Below, in pieces: positions 47,095 through 55,134 of a stretch of 64,000 nt of DNA. The notes under the pieces are model-generated. The model did not search any database and was not told the DNA's origin. It saw nothing but the letters and a program-made list of their open reading frames with translations. Both the position numbers and the translations under genes were made by a program. Numbering within the stretch: the stretch's first letter is position 1; every line of letters starts with the position of its first letter. This DNA comes from Vulcanimicrobiaceae bacterium. Its GTDB lineage: Bacteria; Vulcanimicrobiota; Vulcanimicrobiia; Vulcanimicrobiales; Vulcanimicrobiaceae. The stretch spans positions 31,701 to 95,700 of the forward strand of contig JBHEMM010000002.1 of assembly GCA_046262595.1 (NCBI GenBank), given 5' to 3'.

Positions 47095-47480
47095 GCGGTC
47101 ATCGCGGAATCGCGCTTTTCGAACGCCGCTTCGACATCACGCAGCCTCGCCCCGAGGTTCGGGCCGCCCGAAGCCTGCAGTGAGGCAGCAGCGTCAAGCA
47201 GCAGCGCGTCCGCATCGAGCAGCGCCGCGATGCGCTGCGGACCCGGGCCCGTTTCAAAAATCGAGAACGTCTGCTGATTGCGGAACTCGCAGCGCAGCAG
47301 CACGCGGTCGTAGCGCTCGCGCTCCTCCGGCTTGAGCGCTTCCAGAGCACCGGCCCCTAGCGCGGCGAGCCGTTCCCCGGCGTAGGCGCGGACCTGCTCG
47401 TCCGCCAGGCGCCGGCCATCCGCCGTCTCGTAACCCGCGAAGGCGCCGATGCGGTCCTTAATGCGCTCCAAAACGCTCAT
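47091..47480 (-). CDS. Hypothetical cytoplasmic protein (first gene of the GH20 operon)
   Basis: 129-aa ORF whose stop overlaps the GH20 start (TTGATG). I recognise no family. Confidence 0.55.
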   Translation of the reverse strand: MSVLERIKDRIGAFAGYETADGRRLADEQVRAYAGERLAALGAGALEALKPEERERYDRVLLRCEFRNQQTFSIFETGPGPQRIAALLDADALLLDAAASLQASGGPNLGARLRDVEAAFEKRDSAMTA

Positions 47481-47533
47481 ACGGGCGACCTACGACGATA
47501 GCGCGCACAACTCCCCGGCCGTTTGGCCGAAAA

Positions 47534-47926
47534 GTGAAGAGGAATGCTTGCAACGCTTTTCGCGGGGCTCCCGCCCTGCGCATCGTCCGGTTAGCGAATG
47601 CGATGGACAAGCGCTGGCGCGCGCTTTCGCGACGTCCGTTTCAGGTCACTATCGGCGTAAACTCGGGGAATGTTGTGGCGGGCGAAGTAGGCTTTGCACA
47701 GCGGCGCGAGTTTGGGATCGTCGGCAACCCGGCTCAGGTTGCCGCGCAGCTGCAGCATGCCGCCGAAGAACTGAACGCTTCGATCCTTTCCTCGGCCACG
47801 ACGTTTGAAGCCGCGAGCGACCTGTTTGTCGGCGTGCCTGCGCGTACATCGTGCGCGGATTGGCCCGGCGCGCTGAGGAAGAGCTGCTGCATCTGCCGCC
47901 TGAGATTTCCGCATTGGAAACGGTGA
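47534..47926 (+). pseudogene. Class III adenylate/guanylate cyclase catalytic-domain relic (C-terminal half only)
   Basis: VTIGVNSGNVVAGEVGFAQRREFGIVGNPAQVAAQLQHAAEELNASILSSATTFEAA matches the second half of the cyclase homology domain (RIGIHSG.VVAG.VG....Y...GD.VN.AARLE....I..S). The N-terminal metal-binding half is absent, and the C-terminus degenerates. Confidence 0.55.
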
Positions 47927-48095
47927 TCGGAACGCCCCCCGACAGCGCGTTTTCGCTATGACGACGCAGCGGCGGCCTTTCCGGACGTCCCGGCCGTCAG
48001 CGGCGACTATTTCGAGCCTGGATCGTTCGCCTGAACGCCGGCTTGCATCCGCGCAGGATGCTGTGGCGTTAGAAGGGGCGAATGACATGCGCGTG

Positions 48096-48623
48096 CAGGA
48101 CGACGAACGGCTCATGGCGCGCGTACGGACGCGCGATTCGGCCGCATTCGAGGCAATCTACGACACGCATCACCGCTTGGTGTACGGCATCGCCTTTCGC
48201 ATGCTCGGTCAGGCCGGCACCGCAGAAGACGTCACGCAGAACGTGTTCTTGAAAATTTGGAGTGAGCCCGAACGCTTCACGCCGGGCAACTTTCCCGGCT
48301 GGCTGGCGCGCATGACGCGCAACCGCTGCCTGGATGTTCTGCGTTCGAAATCCCGCCAGCCCGGCGAACTTCCCGAGCAGATGCCGGACGAGCATTCGAT
48401 GGAAGAGCGGGCGTTCGCATCGATCGATGCGGCGAACGTGCGGGCAGCACTCGCGCAGCTGCCGCCCGAGCAGCGAGAACCGATCGAAATGGGCTTTTTC
48501 GGCGGAATCACGCACGAAGAGATTGCGCGGCGCACGGGCACCGCGCTGGGCACGATTAAAACGCGCATCCGCACGGGCTTGCGTCGTCTGCGCACCGCGC
48601 TCGATGAAACGGTGGCGGTATGA
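48096..48623 (+). CDS. ECF-type RNA polymerase sigma-70 factor
   Basis: The start is an internal ATG at 48096 after GAAGGGG. Region 2 is AFEAIYDTHHRLVYGIAFRMLG...AEDVTQNVFLKIW, and region 4 is ITHEEIARRTGTALGTIKTRIRTGL. Confidence 0.9.
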   Translation, partial: QDDERLMARVRTRDSAAFEAIYDTHHRLVYGIAFRMLGQAGTAEDVTQNVFLKIWSEPERFTPGNFPGWLARMTRNRCLDVLRSKSRQPGELPEQMPDEHSMEERAFASIDAANVRAALAQLPPEQREPIEMGFFGGITHEEIARRTGTALGTIKTRIRTGLRRLRTALDETVAV

Positions 48624-49396
48624 ACGCGCACGACGAAATGCTCGACAACGTGGCGGTCTATGCGCTCGGGGCGCTGCCGGCGGCGTCGGCGCGCGAGGTC
48701 CGGGAACATTTGAAGACGTGCGCGCAGTGCCGCGCCGAGTACGACATGCTCGCACCGGTCGTGGATCGCTTGGCGTATTCGGCGGAAGCTTGTGCGGATG
48801 CCGCAAGCGCGCAGGGATCGACTCCGCCGCCCGGGCCGCTGCTCAAACGGCGCATCATGCGTGCCATCCGTCCCAACGTGGGTGAAATGCGCGCGGTGCG
48901 GCCGATTGTCTGGCCGGCATACGCCGTCGCGGCCGCATGCTTCGCGATTGCTCTGGCGACCGGTATCGTCGACATGTCGCTCAGCTCGCAGCTGCATCAG
49001 ACGCGCGCGCAGATGACACAGATCAGCGAACACAACGCGCAGGTCACGAAGCGGCTCGCCGACCAGCGCGATGAGCTTGCAAATCTCGTTGCGCCCGAGT
49101 CGGTGCATTACCCGGTGGCCTACGGTCAAGTCGTCAAGCACGGCAGCCGCCTCTACATTGCGATGGATACGCTTCCGCCGCCGCCGAAAGGCAAAGTGTA
49201 CCAGGCATGGACGTTACGCGAAGGGTCGTCCGTCATGGCGCCTTCGATCACGTTCGTGCCGGCGCAAAGCGGCGTGGAAGTGCAGGAGCTGCCGGTGAAC
49301 GCGAAAGGCATCGTCGCGGTTGCGCTCAGCGTCGAGCCCGCCGGGGGCAGCAAGCAGCCGACGAGCAAGCCGGTTTTCGTACTCAAACTGAGTTGA
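48620..49396 (+). CDS. Anti-sigma factor (zf-HC2 N-terminus, RskA-like C-terminal domain)
   Basis: The gene has a 4-nt overlap with the sigma gene. HLKTCAQCRAEY is a zf-HC2 motif, followed by a central TM helix. The C-terminal YQAW...ALSVEPAGGS resembles RskA. Confidence 0.8.
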   Translation: MNAHDEMLDNVAVYALGALPAASAREVREHLKTCAQCRAEYDMLAPVVDRLAYSAEACADAASAQGSTPPPGPLLKRRIMRAIRPNVGEMRAVRPIVWPAYAVAAACFAIALATGIVDMSLSSQLHQTRAQMTQISEHNAQVTKRLADQRDELANLVAPESVHYPVAYGQVVKHGSRLYIAMDTLPPPPKGKVYQAWTLREGSSVMAPSITFVPAQSGVEVQELPVNAKGIVAVALSVEPAGGSKQPTSKPVFVLKLS

Positions 49397-50226
49397 TGCC
49401 GCAAGGCGTGCATCCACTCTCGTCCGCAAACGAACGAGCTGCGCTCGCGTTTCTGGACGGCGCTCCTTTTGACAACGTTTTTCTGACATGGATGATCGAA
49501 AACGATCGCGGCGCCGCGGCGCGCTCCTCGCTTTTCGTCTATGCCGGCGCGTCCGCCGAGATACGGGGTGTCGCGTTTTTCGGACGGCAAGTCGTTTTGG
49601 CGGCTAGCGAAGAGGACGCCGCACGCGCGCTTGCGGCGGCGGCGCCGCTCAACCACTTCGAACGCATGATCGTGGGGCCCCGGCGCGCGGTGGACTGGTA
49701 TTGGACGCATGTGCGCTACCGGCACAGGCCCGCGCGGCTCGTGCGCGATACGCAGCCGCTCTTTGCCGTCGATGCCGCCTCGTTGAAATCGTTCGACGAG
49801 CCGCGTGTGCACGTGCGGATGGCCCTGGCCGGCGAATGGCAAACGGTCGCGGACAACTCGGCGCTGATGATCGAGCACGAGCTCGAATACGACGCCCGCC
49901 GCGCCAACAGCAACTTCGATGCGAACGTGCGTGTCATGATCGATCGCGGCCTCTGGTGGGTCGGCGAACGCGAAGGCAGCCTGTGCTTTTTCTGCAGCTG
50001 CGGCCCGCGCAGCGCCCAGACGCTGCAGCTGCAAGGCATATGGGTGCCGCCGCCGTTGCGCGGGCGCGGCCTGGCAAGCGCCGCCCTGTCGGGCGTGTGT
50101 GAAGAGCTGCTTGCGGACGTCCCGACGTTGAGCCTGTACGTCAATTCGTTCAACGAGCGCGCGGTCGCGCTGTACGAACGCACCGGATTCCGCCGCGCCG
50201 GCGTGCTGAAAACGATGTTGTTCTAA
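49396..50226 (+). CDS. GNAT-family N-acetyltransferase (with N-terminal DUF4081-like region)
   Basis: ATG 49396 overlaps the anti-sigma stop (TGATG). The C-terminal GIWVPPPLRGRGLASAAL...NERAVALYERTGFRRAG is an acetyl-CoA-binding GNAT motif. Confidence 0.75.
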   Translation: MPQGVHPLSSANERAALAFLDGAPFDNVFLTWMIENDRGAAARSSLFVYAGASAEIRGVAFFGRQVVLAASEEDAARALAAAAPLNHFERMIVGPRRAVDWYWTHVRYRHRPARLVRDTQPLFAVDAASLKSFDEPRVHVRMALAGEWQTVADNSALMIEHELEYDARRANSNFDANVRVMIDRGLWWVGEREGSLCFFCSCGPRSAQTLQLQGIWVPPPLRGRGLASAALSGVCEELLADVPTLSLYVNSFNERAVALYERTGFRRAGVLKTMLF

Positions 50227-51752
50227 AGAACCGCGCGTGCAAGCGCGAGCAGCGAATTGCGGCTTTGCGCGTTTTCGCCCGGCAAAAGCACGTCGACGGC
50301 GATACCATAGCCGTCCACCGAACGTCCGTCGCCGTAGGGATCGGTTCGCGCGAGCGCAAGGCGGAATGCGATCCGCGAATGGGGCAGCATGAAGTAGCCC
50401 GGCTGCGAGAAGCCCGTGACGCCGTACGTGCTGCTGCCCGCAAGCACCGTTCCCGGAAGACCTGCCAGCACCGCCGCGAGAAATTCGCATTCGTTCGTGC
50501 AGCCGCCGTCGAGAACGGCGATGATGCGCGTTTGACCTTCTGCGTTGGACGCGCGCGTGAAACGGTGATCGCTCAACGCCGATAGCCCTTGCATGATTTG
50601 CGGCGATACGGCGCATGCGCCGGGTTCCTTGAGCACATCGACGATCTGCTGCAAAAACTGCGTTGCACCGGCGGATACCGGCGGTTTGAGATTGTACGCA
50701 AGCTGCTGCTGCGAGCCGAAAAACAAGGCGTTGCGAAAGCACGACTGCGTACCGATCTGACGAAACTGCGAGGCTTGATCTACCGCGCTTTGCGCGAACC
50801 AGTTCGAGAGCACATCCACCGGCGCGCTGCCGCCGGGATTCGCGCGCAAATCCAAGACGACGGCACGTTCTTTGCCTAAGTTTTGCGCCTTTGCGAGCGA
50901 TGCGCGCAACGCTTCTACGGCGGTATCGTTGAAGGCGGGCAAACGGACGTAACCGATACCGTCAGCCAGCGTTTCGTACGACGCTGTCGAGGGGGCGGCG
51001 GCGGCGGCGACGGGCGTTAAAGCAATGCGAGCGCCCGAGCACTCCAGCGCGCGCGGGGTTCCGTCGCGCTTGGGAAAACTCACGTACGAGCCGGAAGAAA
51101 ATGCCGATCCGCTCCAGAGCTGCACCGCGTGCGGCTGCTGGCCCTTATCGGAGCGCACGAGCGTAAAGGTGCCGCGCGATGCGAACAGTGCGGTGCACGC
51201 GCCCGCCGGTCTATGCGCGAGCTGCGCGCTTTGCGAGCCGCTGGAAAAACGATCGAAACCGGGAATGCCGGAGTGATTATCGGCCTGAACGCCTTGCAGC
51301 TTTCCCCATGGCGCAAATGCCTGCGCCAGCGGCATGCGCTGGGCGCCGCGCTTGGCAAGCGATGCGTCCCATGCCGAGAACCACGCATTCCAGTTCCAGT
51401 TGGAATGCTGCTGAGCGGTCGCGTAACCCGCATAGGTTTTGCTCATGAGCAGCTTGAGAATAGGCAGATCGGCGCGAAGCGCGGACGCTTCCACGGTGTA
51501 GCCGTTATCCGCTTTGAGCGCGTCTGCGAAGCGGCGGTACCATTGAGAAGGCACGACGAACGATCGCGAAGAGTACGGCGGCGAAAACGGCTCGGGCAGC
51601 ACGATGCCGCCCGCGGGAAGTTTGACGCCGAGCGCCGTCCAACGCGCGTTCTCCGCGTCGATGTCGGCCTGCGGAATGCGCACGGGGGCCGCGCCGAACA
51701 GCAGTGCTGCGCACGCAAGCGCCGCCGCCGCACGCGCGATACCGCGCTTCAT
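50223..51752 (-). CDS. S41-family peptidase, secreted
   Basis: A signal peptide is present. YVRLPAFN and VVLDLRANPGGS are typical of the S41 (tail-specific/tricorn-core) family. Confidence 0.7.
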   Translation of the reverse strand: MKRGIARAAAALACAALLFGAAPVRIPQADIDAENARWTALGVKLPAGGIVLPEPFSPPYSSRSFVVPSQWYRRFADALKADNGYTVEASALRADLPILKLLMSKTYAGYATAQQHSNWNWNAWFSAWDASLAKRGAQRMPLAQAFAPWGKLQGVQADNHSGIPGFDRFSSGSQSAQLAHRPAGACTALFASRGTFTLVRSDKGQQPHAVQLWSGSAFSSGSYVSFPKRDGTPRALECSGARIALTPVAAAAAPSTASYETLADGIGYVRLPAFNDTAVEALRASLAKAQNLGKERAVVLDLRANPGGSAPVDVLSNWFAQSAVDQASQFRQIGTQSCFRNALFFGSQQQLAYNLKPPVSAGATQFLQQIVDVLKEPGACAVSPQIMQGLSALSDHRFTRASNAEGQTRIIAVLDGGCTNECEFLAAVLAGLPGTVLAGSSTYGVTGFSQPGYFMLPHSRIAFRLALARTDPYGDGRSVDGYGIAVDVLLPGENAQSRNSLLALARAVL

Positions 51753-53419
51753 GTGCGGGCCAACGGCTTGTAGCGGATGCGGTGCGGCCGCGCCGCTTCT
51801 TCGCCTAACCGCTTGATCTTGTTCTCCTCGTACTCGCGGTAGTTGCCCTCGAAGAAATACACGGCGGAGTCGCCCTCGAAAGCGATGATGTGCGTTGCAA
51901 TGCGGTCCAGAAACCAGCGATCGTGGCTCACCACGAGAATGCTGCCGGCAAACTCGCCCAGCGCATCCTCCAGGGCGCGCAGCGTTTCCACGTCCAGATC
52001 GTTCGAGGGCTCGTCCAGCATGAGCACGTTCGCGCCCGTCACCAGCGTCTTCGCGAGGTGCAGCCGGCCGCGCTCGCCTCCTGAAAGGCTGCCGACGTTC
52101 TTCTGCTGGTCGCCGCCTTTGAAATTGAAGCGGCTCAAATACGCACGCGAGTTCATCTCGAACTTGCCGACGTTCAGAATGTCCATGCCGCCGGTGACGT
52201 CGTCGAACACGCTCTTGCCGTTCTGCAGCGATTCACGCGTTTGATCGACGACGGCAATCTGCACGGACGGACCGACCGCAATCTTTCCCGCATCGGGCTG
52301 CTCTTTTCCGGTAATCATGCGAAAGAGCGTCGTTTTTCCAGCGCCGTTGGGGCCGATGATGCCGACGATGGCGCCGGCGGGAACGCGGAACGACACGTCG
52401 TCCATCAAAAGACGGTCGCCGAACGCTTTTCGCACGCCCAAGAATTCGATGACCTGATCGCCCAGGCGTTCCGCCACGGGAATGAAGATCTCTTGCGTCT
52501 CGTTACGGCGCTGATACTCGTAGCTGGAAAGTTCCTCAAAACGCGTTAGCCGGCTCTTGCTTTTGGTCTGGCGGCCGCGGGCGGAGCTGCGCACCCATTC
52601 GAGTTCGCGTTTGATCGCTTTTTGGCGCGCGCTTTCCGCCGATTCTTCGGATTTCAAGCGGCTCTCTTTTTGCTCGAGCCACGACGTGTAGTTTCCTTTC
52701 CATGGAATGCCGCGGCCGCGATCGAGTTCGAGAATCCATTCGGCCGCATTGTCGAGAAAATACCGGTCGTGCGTGACGGCGACCACGGTACCGGGGAAGC
52801 GCTGCAGAAACTGTTCGAGCCACTCAACGCTCTCCGCATCCAAGTGATTGGTCGGCTCGTCGAGCAGCAGCATATCCGGTTTGCTCAAAAGCAAACGGCA
52901 GAGCGCCACGCGCCGGCGTTCGCCGCCCGAAAGCGGCCCGATTGCGGCATCCCACGGCGGCAGGCGCAGCGCGTCCGCAGCAATCTCCAGCTGAAGATCG
53001 GCGTTATCGCCGTCGCCCGCGGCGAGCACGGCCTCAAGCCGCGCCTGCTCTTCCGCCAATTTATCAAAATCGGCATCGGGATCGCCGTATGCGGCGTACA
53101 CTTCATCCAAACGTCTGCGCGCCTGCATGACGGCGCCCAAACCTTCTTCAACCGTTTCGCGCACCGTTTTTCCGGGATCGAGTTGCGGCTCTTGCTCCAG
53201 GTAGCCGATGGTGATGCCCGGCATCGCCTTAGCCTCGCCCTCGAAGTCGGTGTCCACGCCCGCCATGATCCGCAGCAGCGTCGATTTTCCGGCGCCGTTC
53301 AGGCCGAGCACGCCAATTTTGGCACCGGGGAAAAAACTTAACGAGATGTCTTTGAGGATGTCGCGTCCGGGGGGCACTCGTTTGCCCACGCGATACATCT
53401 GATATACAAATTCTGGCAC
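51749..53419 (-). CDS. ettA: Energy-dependent translational throttle protein EttA (ABC-F ATPase)
   Basis: The N-terminus is MPEFVYQMYRVGKRVPPGRDILKDISLSF. There are two ABC cassettes (GLNGAGKST and GPNGAGKTT; LSGGERRRVAL and LSGGERGRLHL), and the length is 556 aa. Confidence 0.95.
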   Translation of the reverse strand: MPEFVYQMYRVGKRVPPGRDILKDISLSFFPGAKIGVLGLNGAGKSTLLRIMAGVDTDFEGEAKAMPGITIGYLEQEPQLDPGKTVRETVEEGLGAVMQARRRLDEVYAAYGDPDADFDKLAEEQARLEAVLAAGDGDNADLQLEIAADALRLPPWDAAIGPLSGGERRRVALCRLLLSKPDMLLLDEPTNHLDAESVEWLEQFLQRFPGTVVAVTHDRYFLDNAAEWILELDRGRGIPWKGNYTSWLEQKESRLKSEESAESARQKAIKRELEWVRSSARGRQTKSKSRLTRFEELSSYEYQRRNETQEIFIPVAERLGDQVIEFLGVRKAFGDRLLMDDVSFRVPAGAIVGIIGPNGAGKTTLFRMITGKEQPDAGKIAVGPSVQIAVVDQTRESLQNGKSVFDDVTGGMDILNVGKFEMNSRAYLSRFNFKGGDQQKNVGSLSGGERGRLHLAKTLVTGANVLMLDEPSNDLDVETLRALEDALGEFAGSILVVSHDRWFLDRIATHIIAFEGDSAVYFFEGNYREYEENKIKRLGEEAARPHRIRYKPLART

Positions 53420-53452
53420 GGCGCTTCGTATTCGCGCGCGTTAGCCGCCCGC

Positions 53453-54304
53453 CTACTGTCCCTGGATCGTAAAAGCCGGATCGTTCGCGGAAATGGAGCC
53501 CGCGCGCATGACGGCAAAACGTTCGGCCAAACCGCCCGCAAGCAGCAAAGCGCCGGCAGTGCGCTGGACGCCGGTCCGGTTCCGGGCGAAAAGCGCGCAG
53601 ACTGCGCCGGCCGCATTCAAGGCTTTCGCAAGCGCGGCTAACGATCGTGCCTCGCGGCGTTTGTACGCTTGTGTTTGAAGCGGCCCGAGCTCCGCATGCA
53701 AGCGCTGCAGCGCGAATGGGACCGCCGCGCCGCCGATCACCGCGAGCCGCCGCGCCGGTTCCGCGCTGCCGGCAGGTGCCGCGAGCATCCCGAGCGCAGC
53801 GGCGGTTGACGCGGACGTCGCCGCAAAGACCAGGGGCAAGCTGCGCCGCCCGTGATACCACGCCGGCACCGCCGTATCGCTGATCAGTACTGCAGTATAC
53901 ACCGACATGAACGGTCCAAGCAGCCCCGCGATATATTCGAATGCGCGCCCGGCAGGACGCGCAATTCCCGTTATCTCCGATGCGGCGGCGATCGTTGCCG
54001 CACCGCCGAACGCGGAAAAGAGATACACCCCCACGCTCATCGGCGAACTTATTTTGAAGACGCGAAACATATTGAGAAAACGCGACGGCTTTTTCAAATC
54101 CGCGATCAGACAAAAACCGCTCAGCGCGCTGGCGCCGGCGGCGCCCGCAATGAGCGTGCGCGCAAGTCCGTGGTTGCCGCGCAGCCGTTCGATCGCCGCA
54201 AGCGTTGCGCTCGTCCCGGCCATGCCGCCCGCGCAGAAATAGACCGGAATGAGATCGGTCCATTCGGGCGGTTTGATTACCGGACGGTTGTAATAACCGT
54301 TCAT
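53453..54304 (-). CDS. NrfD/PsrC-family integral membrane subunit of the formate dehydrogenase complex
   Basis: The start is an internal ATG at 54304 (ATGA overlap). NGYYNRPVIKPPEWTDLIPVYFCAGGMAG is a typical NrfD-family N-terminus, followed by about 8 TM helices. Confidence 0.75.
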   Translation of the reverse strand: MNGYYNRPVIKPPEWTDLIPVYFCAGGMAGTSATLAAIERLRGNHGLARTLIAGAAGASALSGFCLIADLKKPSRFLNMFRVFKISSPMSVGVYLFSAFGGAATIAAASEITGIARPAGRAFEYIAGLLGPFMSVYTAVLISDTAVPAWYHGRRSLPLVFAATSASTAAALGMLAAPAGSAEPARRLAVIGGAAVPFALQRLHAELGPLQTQAYKRREARSLAALAKALNAAGAVCALFARNRTGVQRTAGALLLAGGLAERFAVMRAGSISANDPAFTIQGQ

Positions 54305-55134
54305 CTCCGCCCCAGGATACTCGCCGCTGCGGCCGCCGCGAACACCAGGGAGGCGGCCGCGAATGCGCTCGACCACATCTGCGGTAACTCACGCGTTGCG
54401 ACAACGGGGTTTGGCGGCAAACCATAGACATCGGGGCGATCGAGCAGCAGGAACATCGAGCCGCCCCCGCCGATGCCGTCGTCCGGATTTTCAAGATACA
54501 AGCGCGCGCCGTCATAGCGCTGCTGCACGGTTTCTAAACGTTTGGCGGCGCGCTCGCGCAACTCGTCGACCGCGCCGAATTGGATCGACGTCGTCGGGCA
54601 CGCCTTCGCGCAGGCGGGCTGCTCGCCGACCTTAAGACGATCGTAGCAGAGCGTGCACTTGCCCATGACGTGTTTTTCCGGCCGTTCGCTAATAACGCCG
54701 AACGGGCACGCAACCACACAATAGCCGCAGCCGTTGCAGATGTCTTCCTGAAGCACGACCGTTCCGAATTCGGTGCGAATCAACGCGCCGGTCGGGCAGA
54801 CATCCAGACAGCCTGCATCGGCGCAGTGTTTGCAGACGTCCGACTCCATGAGCCAACGGTTTTCGTTTTTCGCCTCGTCGAACTGTTCCACGAAGGCAAC
54901 GTGACGCCAGCTTTCACCGCTCAGCTGCTCCGTGTTGTCGTACGACATTCCGGTAAAGTTGTAACCATCCGCGGGCAGTTCGTTCCACTCCTTGCACGCG
55001 ACCTCGCAGGCTTTGCATCCGATGCACAGCGTCGTGTCGGTAAAGAAGCCCATCCGCTGCTGTTCTCCGGCGCCGTACGTGGCCATCTGCTCCGGTGCCG
55101 TAACGTGCTGCAGCAGGTCGATGAAAACACTCAT
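54301..55134 (-). CDS. Formate dehydrogenase iron-sulfur (4x[4Fe-4S]) beta subunit with C-terminal TM anchor
   Basis: Ferredoxin-type clusters are CIGCKACEVAC, CKHCADAGCLDVCP, CNGCGYCVVACP and CTLCYDR...CAKACP. The C-terminal hydrophobic helix is SSAFAAASLVFAAAAAASIL. Confidence 0.9.
   Translation of the reverse strand: MSVFIDLLQHVTAPEQMATYGAGEQQRMGFFTDTTLCIGCKACEVACKEWNELPADGYNFTGMSYDNTEQLSGESWRHVAFVEQFDEAKNENRWLMESDVCKHCADAGCLDVCPTGALIRTEFGTVVLQEDICNGCGYCVVACPFGVISERPEKHVMGKCTLCYDRLKVGEQPACAKACPTTSIQFGAVDELRERAAKRLETVQQRYDGARLYLENPDDGIGGGGSMFLLLDRPDVYGLPPNPVVATRELPQMWSSAFAAASLVFAAAAAASILGRR

Noticed and set aside
47929-47955. Possible ECF-type promoter (GGAAC ... CGTT) upstream of the sigma factor gene
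   Set aside because: The spacer between GGAAC (47929-47933) and CGT (47948-47950) is only about 14 nt, and the site is about 145 nt from the start codon. That is too weak to call without transcription-start data.
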